DNA from: Synechococcales cyanobacterium VAR_4_metabat_354
GTDB lineage: Bacteria; Cyanobacteriota; Cyanobacteriia; Cyanobacteriales; Chamaesiphonaceae
Length of the DNA: 64,000 bases
Reading direction: 5' to 3'
NCBI GenBank assembly: GCA_031414775.1
Contig: JANOQI010000042.1
Coordinates: 46,574 to 110,573 of the forward strand
Below the pieces are notes generated by a model. It had not been told where the DNA came from. It ran no database searches and saw nothing but the letters and a program-made list of their open reading frames with translations. The translations under genes and the position numbers were made by a program. The first letter of the stretch is position 1, and every line of letters begins with the position of its first letter. Below, piece by piece: positions 9,634-19,472 of this stretch.

Positions 9634-10590
9634 TTACCAAAAATCATTCATAATAGTGCCTTTTTCATCTAGCTTATTAAAGCAAAATGCTAAAACTCGA
9701 CCATTCCAAGGGGGCTTCGGATTAGGCTTATAAACAACTATTTCTCCCGTACCTTTAGCTTTGGCCATATAGGTTTTGACTAAAGCTTTGCACTGCTCTC
9801 GAGAAATATTGGAATCGTCGGTTTCAATCACAATGCGCGAGCCATTTGCCATTGGTTCGCTACTAACCCGATGGCTAGGAGATCCCGATTTAGAATTAGT
9901 GGCCATGACTTTAGAAGGCGGTTTTAAGATTTGGGTAATGGCTGTTGACGGCTGGGGCGATTTTGGCCGTGGCGGAGCAATGGAAATCTGTGGCTTATTG
10001 TTGGCACCAAGTCGAGGGGACTGGGCTGTAGTAACAGAATTAGTTGGTGGTTCTAACGAAGAGGGTAAAATTTGTGGTGAATTAGGGGAAGACGCTGAAG
10101 CCTGGGGACTGGGCATCCTCGCCAGAATGGCGGCCAGCGAAGAAGACGGTTGTGGGGTAGGGAAATCACTCTGGATTGCGGAAGGAACCAGCGGGGGTAA
10201 AATGAAGGCGGGAGCGCCACTCACGGTTACTGGTGGTGGAGACATATTCCCACGAGCCATCATCGTTGACTTTGGGGTGGAGCGGGGTGCTGTTTCTGCT
10301 GCAAAAGGATTACCGACTCGCTGATAAAGAGATAAATCTTTTTTGGAAATCCAGGGTGCCAGAAAAGCCGGAATTAATAGTAATAGACCCAATCGGGATA
10401 GGATATTCCAGGTCGAGCCGTCGGCTTCCCATTTTCGAGTTATTTTATACAGTGGTGGTAAACACAATATTCCCCATAAAATGAGCACAAGTACCAGCCC
10501 CATCGATCGATTAGCTTGAAACAGTGCTAAAGCTCCGACAAATAGTAGCGAGGACAACCCCCATCCTAGAAAGGTTAAGATATTAGACAT
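9634..10590 (-). CDS. Membrane-anchored Pro/Ser-rich hypothetical protein
   Basis: Three N-terminal hydrophobic segments, long P/S-rich linker, small C-terminal domain with two Cys. Confidence 0.7.
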   Translation of the reverse strand: MSNILTFLGWGLSSLLFVGALALFQANRSMGLVLVLILWGILCLPPLYKITRKWEADGSTWNILSRLGLLLLIPAFLAPWISKKDLSLYQRVGNPFAAETAPRSTPKSTMMARGNMSPPPVTVSGAPAFILPPLVPSAIQSDFPTPQPSSSLAAILARMPSPQASASSPNSPQILPSSLEPPTNSVTTAQSPRLGANNKPQISIAPPRPKSPQPSTAITQILKPPSKVMATNSKSGSPSHRVSSEPMANGSRIVIETDDSNISREQCKALVKTYMAKAKGTGEIVVYKPNPKPPWNGRVLAFCFNKLDEKGTIMNDFW

Positions 10591-10769
10591 AAAAAATATT
10601 TTTGATGGTATTTTTAAACTGATTCATTATAAAAAATTTTAATTGGCAATTATTTAAGAACTTTTCTGATCTCTAAGCCAAAATTTTTCATAAATAAAGT
10701 TAACCACAACTGTGTCGATCGAACAACGCTCAGTCAGTCTGATGGCGTAGTTTTAGCGAATTTTCGGCA

Positions 10770-12140
10770 TCAAATAACTGGGACAAAATTTTTAACTGTA
10801 GAGACTATTTCGGTCACGTTCACATCTAATTGCTCTCTGGTTGCCAAAACCTTGACTTGGCATCTACCAGCAGCCTGCTCTGTGGCACCTTGAATAATAG
10901 CGATCAATATCCCCATTTTTTCGGCTTTTTTGAGTTGGTCACCGAGCTTACTCGCTTCAAAGTTGGTAACAGTGGCAATTCCGGCCTGACGCAATTGTTG
11001 AGAAATTTGCAGATAGCCAGGCATCAGCGACCTGTCGAGATTGAGCACCACCACCTGGGCGGGGGTCGGCGCAAGGGGCTGTACTAATTTTTCTTTGAGT
11101 AAATTTTTGATGAGGCGGGTGAGTCCGATCGAGATACCCACGCCGGGTAATTCCTCTCCAGCAAACAGTCCGACTAACTCGGCATAACGACCACCCGAAC
11201 AAATGCTGCCCAGACTTTCGTAACCCAGCAGAGTTGTTTCATAAACAGTACCGGTGTAATAGCCTAAGCCTCTAGCGATCGATAGGTCAATACAAAATTG
11301 ATCGATCGGCACTTGCAGATCGCGAACTCCTTGGATCACCTCTTGTAATTCGGTGATGCCAGTGGCCAGCTCTTCGGTATTACTGAGTCCGGCAGCCATT
11401 GTCGTTAGTTTAGTGAGGATCTCGTCGGGACTGCCTTTAATCTGGGTAAAATCAATCACGGCCTGAGCTTGAGTAGCAGTGACTCCGATCTTTTCTAGCT
11501 CGGCTTGGACTTTGGTAATGCCGATTTTATCCAGCTCATCCACAATATTGATGCAAGCTTTGGCTAACTCCGGTGCAATGCCCGTCGCCAGTAAAAACCC
11601 CGTCAAGACCTTTCGGTTATTAATCCGGATCAGAAACTTGCCAATGTTTAACTGGGTAAAGATCTCGGCGATGATCGCAGGCATCTGGGCATCGTAGAGC
11701 AAATCGAGCTTACCTCTGCCCACCACATCAATATCACACTGCCGAAACTGACGATAGCGACCAGCCTTAGCTCGTTCGCCCCGAAATACCATATCCATTT
11801 GGTAGCGGGCAAAGGGAAAGGTTAAGTCGTTAAGATGACGGGCAATATAGGCGGCTAGTGGTAGGGTTTGGTCAAACTTCAGACCTCGATCGATATCCCC
11901 TTCGTCAATATTGGCCACTAACGGACTAATGCCATAGATGATGTTGTCACCCTGCGCACCTTTGGCCTGCAATACAGCCAGCCGTTCCACTGCCGGGGTC
12001 TCGATTGGGGTAAAGCCATAGCGCTCAAATACACCGCGAATGGTGTCCAGAAACTGCTGTTCTAGACGCTTTTCCCCTGGTAAGAACTCAATATCGAAAC
12101 CACTGGGGAGAGTATAGTTAAGTTTTTCGGATTTACTCAT
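10770..12140 (-). CDS. hisS: Histidine--tRNA ligase
   Basis: GLKFDQTLPLA, FRGER..AGRYRQFRQCDIDVVG, IARGLGYYTG, SGGRY, GISIGLTRL, C-terminal anticodon-binding domain. Confidence 0.92.
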   Translation of the reverse strand: MSKSEKLNYTLPSGFDIEFLPGEKRLEQQFLDTIRGVFERYGFTPIETPAVERLAVLQAKGAQGDNIIYGISPLVANIDEGDIDRGLKFDQTLPLAAYIARHLNDLTFPFARYQMDMVFRGERAKAGRYRQFRQCDIDVVGRGKLDLLYDAQMPAIIAEIFTQLNIGKFLIRINNRKVLTGFLLATGIAPELAKACINIVDELDKIGITKVQAELEKIGVTATQAQAVIDFTQIKGSPDEILTKLTTMAAGLSNTEELATGITELQEVIQGVRDLQVPIDQFCIDLSIARGLGYYTGTVYETTLLGYESLGSICSGGRYAELVGLFAGEELPGVGISIGLTRLIKNLLKEKLVQPLAPTPAQVVVLNLDRSLMPGYLQISQQLRQAGIATVTNFEASKLGDQLKKAEKMGILIAIIQGATEQAAGRCQVKVLATREQLDVNVTEIVSTVKNFVPVI

Positions 12141-13174
12141 TTTTTATTTTCGAGGACGGCGGCCAGCTGCTTGCTATGGCGAGATTCCGAGCCAAATATA
12201 TAGTTAGGTGCAAAAACGGTAATATCGGTACCGCCAGTTTGACGTAAGTGATTGACGGCTTCACGCCAGCTAGCTTGATGCACAACGATGGTCACGGCAT
12301 ACCAATTAGGCTCTAGAACAGAGTAAACCTTGGCAATGGTGGGGCCGCGCATCCCGGTCAATTCAGCTAGCTCTGAACTTTTGAGCAGCCGTTTGCCCAA
12401 TTCATCGGCACTTTCGCCCTGAATATTGGCCGTAATAGAGGTGAATTTTTTTGCTTCCAGCTGGGCTTCGATCGAATCCAAAATCAGCTTGGTCACTTCC
12501 TGCTTGCGGCGATCGTTTTGCAGCAGCCGCTTGTTGGCAATAATACAGGCTTGGGATTTGAGCATCGGATCGCCGGTAATCGGCTTCAGGCGATTTTCGC
12601 GTAAGGTGGTGCCGGTACTACTCACATCGGCAATCATATCGGCATAGCCCATCTTGGGGGCAGCTTCTAAGGCTCCGTTGGCTTCTACTAGCGAGAAGTG
12701 GACAATCTGGTGTTTCTTCAGCCATTCACGGGTCAGGTTGGGATATTTGGTAACAATGCGCAGGTTGCGACCTTTATTTTCCCGGAAATCCATGGTTAGA
12801 TCAGCCAGATCGGCCATCGAGACAATATCAATCCAGCTATCGGGTACGGCCAGTACCAACTCACAGCGGCCAAACCCCAACTCAGGATAAATATCTACTA
12901 CATGGTTGTAGCCAGCGCTTTCTTCGGCATAAATATCGTAGCCAGTGATGCCTAGGTCTACGCTACCTTCTTGCACTTTAGTGAAAATATCAGCGGCTCG
13001 TTGAAAGATTACTTCCACATCGGGCAGCGCCGAGATGGTTCCGACATATTGTCGGTCGTTAGGCCGGGATACTTTGAGACCGGCGGCGGCCAATAGCTCT
13101 GAGGTCGATCGCTCTAGGGCACCTTTACTGGGAATCGCCAGCCGCAGTTTTTGATCGTCACGTTTTTGGTTCAT
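12137..13174 (-). CDS. hisG: ATP phosphoribosyltransferase, long form
   Basis: LRLAIPSKG, DLGITGYD, LGFGRCELVLAVP, TKYPNLT, GALEAAP, STGTTLRENRL, plus about 100-aa C-terminal regulatory domain. Confidence 0.93.
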   Translation of the reverse strand: MNQKRDDQKLRLAIPSKGALERSTSELLAAAGLKVSRPNDRQYVGTISALPDVEVIFQRAADIFTKVQEGSVDLGITGYDIYAEESAGYNHVVDIYPELGFGRCELVLAVPDSWIDIVSMADLADLTMDFRENKGRNLRIVTKYPNLTREWLKKHQIVHFSLVEANGALEAAPKMGYADMIADVSSTGTTLRENRLKPITGDPMLKSQACIIANKRLLQNDRRKQEVTKLILDSIEAQLEAKKFTSITANIQGESADELGKRLLKSSELAELTGMRGPTIAKVYSVLEPNWYAVTIVVHQASWREAVNHLRQTGGTDITVFAPNYIFGSESRHSKQLAAVLENKK

Positions 13175-14721
13175 TGTTCGATGTTCTCGGCTAGGGTCTC
13201 GGAGTTCTTTAGATTCTCGGGCTGAATCTGCTGAATCGCTTCTTCGATTGTGAGTAACTGTTGATCGGTGCTGGCCATGTTTTTGAGTTGGACTTTTTGC
13301 ACTTGTTGTTCTTCGGAACCAACAATAATCACGAAGGGAATACCCTGTTTGTTGGCCTGTTGGAGATTGTGAGGCACCCGTTTGTGACGGATATCTAGCT
13401 CAGCGCTAATGGCGGCTTGGCGCAGTTGGGTGGTAATGGCGATCGCATAACCGGCATCATCTGGAGTCACGGGCACTACTAATACTTGAGTGAGCATCGC
13501 CTCTGGCTCTAATTTGCCTTCTTGTTCTAAAGCTAAGCGCAGCCGTTCTAAACCAAAAGAACAGCCAGTGGCTGGTGTTGGCTCACCGCCCAAATTAGCG
13601 ACAAGTTCATCGTAGCGACCACCGCCGCATAGTTGGCGACCATCACCTAAAGCGCTGTGATGTACCTCAAACACCATGCCGGTGTAATATTGCAATCCTC
13701 TGCTTAAGCCTAGATCGATCGTAATCTTGTTGTTGTTGAGCTGGTGGAACTCCAACAGTCCCGAAATTTCTTGCAGGGCATTCAGGGCAGAGCTATCACA
13801 GCCATGTTTAGTCAGCAAAACGGTGGCAGCGGCAAAAACCTGTAAAGGACTGCCTTGAATTTGACCGAGTTCTTTCATGAAATCCAGTGCTTGCTGAATC
13901 TGCTTGGTTTGGTCTTGGCGTTTAAACTTGGTTAACAGTCGATCGGCAATTTCGGCTTCACTGCGATTGCCACTCAGTTCGATATTCAGGTTGTCGAGCA
14001 ACTCTAGAATGGTTTGCTTGGCTTCTTCTTCATCTTGCCCCCGAAAGAGCTGGCCGAGATTGCCAGTTGGTCGATCCGTTGCGTCATCAAACCCTGGATA
14101 GATATCCCGCAGCAGACCATGCACATGCTCCCGACCTTCCTCTGTCCGCATTTTGGCCATATTGGTCAGTAGCAACGTCCGCAGACGGCTTTCTAAGCCC
14201 AACGATTCTAAAAACTTGGCCAAGATGCCCATATGGCCAACTACCACCTGATAGTCGGTAATTCCCAACTTTTCGAGGCAATGACAAGCAGCGGCAATGA
14301 CTTCGGCATCGGCCATCGCGCCCGCCGCTCCAATCAGCTCGATACCCACCTGGGTAAACTGCCGATAACGGGCATATTGGGGTCGTTCGTACCGAAAAAC
14401 TGCGCCATTGTATTGCAAGCGTACTGGCAAAGACATCGATTGTTGGCTATCGACATAGGCCCGCGCCACGGAAGCGGTGATTTCTGGCCGCAAGCATAGG
14501 TGACGGTTTTGATAGACAAAATCGTACATCTTGGTGATGATTTCTTCGCCAGATTTGCGCAGATAGAGATCTTCATGCTCTAAGATGGGCAGCTCGATCG
14601 ATCGATATCCAAAGGATTGGAAGCACTGCTGGATTTTGGTGGCGATCTGTTGCTGATGAACGCTTTCGATCGGCGATACATCGTTAGTGCCACGCACTCG
14701 TTCTACTTTGCTAGGTTGCAT
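13171..14721 (-). CDS. HisRS-family protein (HisZ-like regulatory subunit or second HisRS) retaining the anticodon-binding domain
   Basis: RVRGTND, LRPEITAS, FRYERPQ..RYRQFTQVGIE, RGLQYYTG, GGGRYD, SFGLERL, C-terminal HGTP-type domain; 4-bp overlap with hisG. Confidence 0.85.
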   Translation of the reverse strand: MQPSKVERVRGTNDVSPIESVHQQQIATKIQQCFQSFGYRSIELPILEHEDLYLRKSGEEIITKMYDFVYQNRHLCLRPEITASVARAYVDSQQSMSLPVRLQYNGAVFRYERPQYARYRQFTQVGIELIGAAGAMADAEVIAAACHCLEKLGITDYQVVVGHMGILAKFLESLGLESRLRTLLLTNMAKMRTEEGREHVHGLLRDIYPGFDDATDRPTGNLGQLFRGQDEEEAKQTILELLDNLNIELSGNRSEAEIADRLLTKFKRQDQTKQIQQALDFMKELGQIQGSPLQVFAAATVLLTKHGCDSSALNALQEISGLLEFHQLNNNKITIDLGLSRGLQYYTGMVFEVHHSALGDGRQLCGGGRYDELVANLGGEPTPATGCSFGLERLRLALEQEGKLEPEAMLTQVLVVPVTPDDAGYAIAITTQLRQAAISAELDIRHKRVPHNLQQANKQGIPFVIIVGSEEQQVQKVQLKNMASTDQQLLTIEEAIQQIQPENLKNSETLAENIEQ

Positions 14722-14858
14722 TGCTGCCTTGGGTCAACTGCTGTCGGAATTTCTCTCCAGTCTAGGATACCTTGCAGCGCGATCTATTTCAGACCGACCA
14801 TCGGAACTCTTTGTATAATTAAGGTATGCAGCTAAATTTACAAATTGAGGTGAACAAG

Positions 14859-15011
14859 ATGCGCCCGATGATTTGGCATCCAGAAGCAAAAGACCAGCGA
14901 GTCAATCAATCTCTAGACAAGATCAACCGCGCTCCGTACTTTGCATTGACACTCGGTATCTTAGGTGCCTTTTGTCTGTTTACGACAGCAGTGCTGTTAG
15001 GGATTTTTTGA
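14859..15011 (+). CDS. Small membrane protein (50 aa)
   Basis: GAGGTG RBS before ATG 14859; MRPMIWHPEAKD followed by one hydrophobic helix. Confidence 0.6.
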   Translation: MRPMIWHPEAKDQRVNQSLDKINRAPYFALTLGILGAFCLFTTAVLLGIF

Positions 15012-15038
15012 TTGAGTTGAAATATCACTACATTTACT

Positions 15039-15962
15039 ATGGAAATTACCAGCCATGCCACCACAGCTGAACTCTTGAACGAATCACTCACCGTCGCAGA
15101 CTTTGCTGGGCAGATAATTGAAAAATTTGTCCACAAAGTCGGGCATCACAAAGCACTGGTTTTACAGGATACTGAACCAGAGCCACTGCACAAGATGCGG
15201 GTGGGGTTGCGGCGATTACGCACCGTTGTACAAGTCTTAGAACCCCTGATTATTTTGCCTGATACTTTTACGAGTAAGGCAATTGGTCGGTTAGCAAATG
15301 TGCTGGGAGCAGTCCGGGATTTGGACGTGATGGGAGAGTTTTTGCGGGAAATAGAGCAAGGACTTCCTGATCGAGAGCAGCACATTTTAAATAAGGTCGC
15401 TAATTCCTTGACTCGTCGCCGCCACCAATCATTTGATCGCCTGGAGAGGCATTTGGCCAAGGACTATCGGGTGTTGGTGATGGCTGGCCAAAAGTGGGTC
15501 TGTCAACCTCAATATCGTTATCCAGCTGTCGCTACCCAACCAATGGCTGATGTTTTACCGGACTTGCTGCTGCCGATCATTAGCAGTTTTTTCTTACATG
15601 GCGGCTGGTGGATCACGGCCACAGATTTTAGTGATAATCAAGCTATCCTCCACGACTTACGTAAATGTACTAAACGGGTTCGCTATCAAATTGAGTGCTT
15701 TTCACCATGTTTGAATGCTGAATTCACTCAGCTTTTGTTGCCGCTAGAGGCTAGTCAGGAGTGTTTGGGTCAAATGCAGGATGTGGCGGTTTTGAGTGAT
15801 TTTATCCGGCAAGAAGTTGGTGAAAATCTTGCTAAGAAGCTACCAGTTTTGTTCGATCGACTACACCAAAAAACTGAGCAAGCATGGCAAGATTGGCAAC
15901 CAATTAGGGTTCAGTTGTGCGATCGAGACTGGCGACAATCTTTACGTAAGGCTGTTCTCTAA
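15039..15962 (+). CDS. CHAD domain protein (polyphosphate-binding family)
   Basis: EPLHKMRVGLRRLR, LG.VRDLDV, LHDLRK..KRVRY, LGQMQD. Confidence 0.9.
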   Translation: MEITSHATTAELLNESLTVADFAGQIIEKFVHKVGHHKALVLQDTEPEPLHKMRVGLRRLRTVVQVLEPLIILPDTFTSKAIGRLANVLGAVRDLDVMGEFLREIEQGLPDREQHILNKVANSLTRRRHQSFDRLERHLAKDYRVLVMAGQKWVCQPQYRYPAVATQPMADVLPDLLLPIISSFFLHGGWWITATDFSDNQAILHDLRKCTKRVRYQIECFSPCLNAEFTQLLLPLEASQECLGQMQDVAVLSDFIRQEVGENLAKKLPVLFDRLHQKTEQAWQDWQPIRVQLCDRDWRQSLRKAVL

Positions 15963-17531
15963 GTCGCCTGAATTTACATGTTGTCGTAAGATTTCTAGAT
16001 TCCGACGAGTTATCTGAGCGCTGGGGTGATTGATGCCCAAGATGCATTCCGAGATGGCGATTGATCGAACATATAAAGGCTCCGCTTCTGTATATCTACC
16101 CATAGATTTATACAACAATGCCAAATTATTCAGGCTTTGGGCAGTAGATGGATGGTTCTCACCTAATTGTTTTTCATTGATATCCAATGCTCGAACGTAT
16201 AAAGGCTCTGCTTCTTGGTATCTTCCTATATCTTTATACAATCCTGCTAAATTATTCAGGCTAATAGCAGTAGATGGATGGTTTGCACCTAGTTGTTCTT
16301 CACTGATAGCCAGTGCTCGAACGTATAAAGGCTCTGCTTCTTGGTACCTTCCTACCGATTCATACAAGAATGCTAAATTATTCAGGCTTTGGGCGGTATC
16401 TGGATGGTTCGCACCTAGTTGTTCCTCTCTGATAGCCAGCGCTCGAAGATATAAAGGCTCTGCTTCCTGGTACCTCCCTATATCTTTATACAATCCTGCC
16501 AGATTATTCAGACTGGTGGAAGTATTGGGATGGTTTGTACTTAGTTCTTCTTCAGTTATAGCAAGTGCTTCAACATACAAAAGCTCTGCTTCTTGGTACC
16601 TTCCTATATCTTTATACAATCCTGCTAAATTATTCATGCTTGCAGCAATATCTGAATGATTTGAACCCAACTGTTTTTTAGCTATAGCCAGTGCTCGAAC
16701 ATATAAAGGCTCTGCTTCTGCATATCTACCTTGCTCTTGGTAAAGCCTTGCAATTCGAGTCAAAGCTATAACTAAATGTCGAGAAATTGGAATTTGTAGT
16801 TGTCCCAGAATTCCCTCAAATTGCAACGATAAATCGCGCAAATCTTTTTGCGCTCCCACCTCCGCCAGTGCCTCCAAAGCTGGCAATAGAAAAGTTTCTA
16901 GTAACTCATTATCATCAACTCCCGCTTCTTTGGCGATCTGCAAACGCTGTAATAAATTCTGAGCACGGCGACGGGCATCATCAATATTGGCATAGCTCCC
17001 CCCAGCACTCATTACTTCAGTTAACGGCTGCATTCCATGATCGATCGGCTGATGCTCGGTCAACTGCAACTTAGCAATAAACCAACTAGTAATATCCGGC
17101 ATCGCAAATAACGACGTATGGGCAAAAACCGGAGTCATCCACCAAATTTGGCAGAGAGAATTAGCCACCAACTTATCGCGATTAAAATTCAAAACCCTCA
17201 TCGCGTCTGGCAAAGGGATTTTATTACTAAAAGCATTAGCAAAACCCGTGACTGACAACACTCCCGCTGGTAAACTTTGGGTTTGCGCCAATATCGCCTT
17301 CACTACTTCCACTGGTTCCTGTTGAGCAGGCAGCGCCAATTCATGAAAAGGAATAGATCGATCGCTCAAAGTAACTCTCATCTCTTCAATCACCTGCTGT
17401 CGAGAAAACTCTGAAGCATACTCTGCCCTAATCAAAGAACCAATCGGACGACTAGCCCACAAAAGCAATCGATCGCGCGTATTGGCGATACTACCAATTT
17501 GATTATTACTATTCGGTTCCACCTGGCACAC
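15942..17531 (-). CDS. TPR protein (42-aa kinesin-light-chain-type repeats) with N-terminal alpha/beta domain
   Basis: Six repeats of SLNNLA.LY...GRY.EAEPLY.RAL.I.E.QLG.NHP. Confidence 0.9.
   Translation of the reverse strand: MCQVEPNSNNQIGSIANTRDRLLLWASRPIGSLIRAEYASEFSRQQVIEEMRVTLSDRSIPFHELALPAQQEPVEVVKAILAQTQSLPAGVLSVTGFANAFSNKIPLPDAMRVLNFNRDKLVANSLCQIWWMTPVFAHTSLFAMPDITSWFIAKLQLTEHQPIDHGMQPLTEVMSAGGSYANIDDARRRAQNLLQRLQIAKEAGVDDNELLETFLLPALEALAEVGAQKDLRDLSLQFEGILGQLQIPISRHLVIALTRIARLYQEQGRYAEAEPLYVRALAIAKKQLGSNHSDIAASMNNLAGLYKDIGRYQEAELLYVEALAITEEELSTNHPNTSTSLNNLAGLYKDIGRYQEAEPLYLRALAIREEQLGANHPDTAQSLNNLAFLYESVGRYQEAEPLYVRALAISEEQLGANHPSTAISLNNLAGLYKDIGRYQEAEPLYVRALDINEKQLGENHPSTAQSLNNLALLYKSMGRYTEAEPLYVRSIAISECILGINHPSAQITRRNLEILRQHVNSGDLENSLT
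16074..16730. repeat. 126-bp coding tandem repeat (TPR units)
   Basis: TAAAGGCTCTGCTTC-like motif recurs at about 16074, 16200, 16326, 16452, 16578 and 16704. Confidence 0.85.
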
Positions 17532-18924
17532 CCCCTGTTTCTGATCTAGGAATTTCCTTTTGCTTGACCAAAATATCTACCACTAGCGGATGTACCCCAA
17601 ACCATTTTTGACCATTGAACTCTTGTACGGCCTTAGCTTCTAGTAAGGAATACATGACGGCATCGGTCATTTGGGCTTTTTCATTACCATTGTAAATAGT
17701 TAGTAATTTTTTAGCTTTATCTTCATAGGTTACTGTCTCGGCATCATAGGGACTTTGGCCTAATCTGCGTTGATAATTACTGCGCAAATTAATAATCGCA
17801 GCTGCTGCATCACTAGCACCAATGGTGCTCACTCCCCGTAAATCAGCAGTATCGGCTGCATCATTCACTAATGAAAACAAGTCGCGTAAATTACCACCAG
17901 AGGCAATAATCAAACACTTCATTTGGTCTTGATCAAATAAGTCTAGTGACATCCGGGCTGCCAATACATCTACTAATGCTGCACGGCCTGTTGGATTGAT
18001 GGTGTGGTCTTGATTAAATACAGGCGTATCTGGTAAAACAAAGCTGTGATCGGTAGTGAAAGGCAACGCAGTAGCTTTACTTGAATAAAATAGATTCAGT
18101 GGCAATGTGAAAATCATGTGACTACGCAGTTCACGGAAAATATTGGCATAGTTAATAAATAAATCTTCGATTAAATGTCTGGGAATCCCTGGTTTATCAA
18201 AATCTTCACCAATAAAGAGCCATTCGTGGCCAGTGGTCTCGCGCAGGATCTGATTACAGTCATCCAGTAAACGATTGGCAATTTTTATTAAGGATGGCAA
18301 TCGATTCAGTTGATACTCGATTATTTCCTTTTTACGATTTCCGGCAAACTTAATATTGCCTTTTAATTGCACAAATAGACCCAAAACTTTCCCTAACACA
18401 GATCCTTCTTTAACTCCGGCTCCACCTTCAATTGTTAAGGCGGTAGCAATTTCTTGCTCATAAATATTTTTTTCGGTATTAAACCAATCCCATATTTCTT
18501 GTAACCTTGCTTCGGATGGAGTTTTGCCAGTGCCGCCCTCTTGAACTGACAGGCTCATTCTTTCCGTAATATCGATCATCATGGTTAGCACTAAGTCCAA
18601 GGATCTAAAATTGCCTGAATCTAGATTATCGATTGCGCTAAACCGAATGACTCGAAACTTGCTAGCCATTTGGACACTCAGCCGACTCAGCTCTGTAGAC
18701 TTGCCAACACCCTGGTGCCCCATGAAAAAAGCTTTGAAATAGGTGATGCCGTGAGCCTGATTCAAACCCTTGGCTAAACGCTGCACTTTGTCTCCACCCC
18801 GGACAGCATTCATCTCTTGCCGATAAAAAGCTGCCAGTTCCGCCTCGGTGGTTAAAGGATCGGATCTGAGGGTAAGGTAAACTTCTGAAATGGATTGTGC
18901 TGGAGTGGTGCGTGGCGTGTTCAT
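17509..18924 (-). CDS. P-loop ATPase (AAA+/STAND-like)
   Basis: Walker A GHQGVGKST, Walker B FIGEDFDK, SGGNLRDL; start reassigned to ATG 18924; overlaps the TPR gene start. Confidence 0.85.
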   Translation of the reverse strand: MNTPRTTPAQSISEVYLTLRSDPLTTEAELAAFYRQEMNAVRGGDKVQRLAKGLNQAHGITYFKAFFMGHQGVGKSTELSRLSVQMASKFRVIRFSAIDNLDSGNFRSLDLVLTMMIDITERMSLSVQEGGTGKTPSEARLQEIWDWFNTEKNIYEQEIATALTIEGGAGVKEGSVLGKVLGLFVQLKGNIKFAGNRKKEIIEYQLNRLPSLIKIANRLLDDCNQILRETTGHEWLFIGEDFDKPGIPRHLIEDLFINYANIFRELRSHMIFTLPLNLFYSSKATALPFTTDHSFVLPDTPVFNQDHTINPTGRAALVDVLAARMSLDLFDQDQMKCLIIASGGNLRDLFSLVNDAADTADLRGVSTIGASDAAAAIINLRSNYQRRLGQSPYDAETVTYEDKAKKLLTIYNGNEKAQMTDAVMYSLLEAKAVQEFNGQKWFGVHPLVVDILVKQKEIPRSETGGVPGGTE

Positions 18925-19049
18925 AGGCTTGCTCTGCCGGATCTGAGAACATTTTAGCCTAATCTTATTGGGCAATCTGGATTAGTCTTCGATCGAACCA
19001 TCCAACTGCTTCCAACTACTTTAATTAAAAATTCATCTGCGGCGCAAAT

Positions 19050-19430
19050 ATGATCACTTTTAATCTCAAGTACTTCTCCATTGCTATCTTGCTTTTTCTC
19101 GTAGAAGTCTTTATCGGGGTCTTCGTCAAAGATGGCTTTATCCGGCCTTTTGTTGGTGATGTCTTAGTCGTTATTTTGATTTATTGCTTAATCAAATCCT
19201 TTTGGAAAGTCCCAGCGGCTAAAACAGCCCTAGCCGTGTTTGGTTTTGCTTGTTTCGTGGAAGGATTACAGTACCTGAAAATTGCCGATCGATTAGGGTT
19301 GCGCAGAGATGAGTTATTGGCGATCATTATTGGCACAAGTTTTGCCTGGGAAGATATTCTGGCTTATGCCGTCGGCTGTGCGATTGCTCTTTGGGGAGAT
19401 ACTAAATTCAGTAGAGGAAAGCTGCTCTAA
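19050..19430 (+). CDS. DUF2809-like membrane protein
   Basis: FIRPFVGDVLVVILIYC...E.LQY...IIGTSF.WEDILAY. Confidence 0.75.
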   Translation: MITFNLKYFSIAILLFLVEVFIGVFVKDGFIRPFVGDVLVVILIYCLIKSFWKVPAAKTALAVFGFACFVEGLQYLKIADRLGLRRDELLAIIIGTSFAWEDILAYAVGCAIALWGDTKFSRGKLL

Positions 19431-19472
19431 CTTTCTGCTAGCTTCCCTCTTGGGGGTCGTTATTACTCAGTT

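Noticed and set aside
9776..10324. 182-aa Gly-rich plus-strand ORF
   Set aside because: Antisense to the Pro/Ser-rich linker of 9634-10590
16030..16659. 209-aa repetitive plus-strand ORF and regularly spaced DNA repeats suggesting a CRISPR-like array
   Set aside because: Antisense shadow of the 126-bp TPR units; the intervening sequences are homologous coding sequence, not unique spacers
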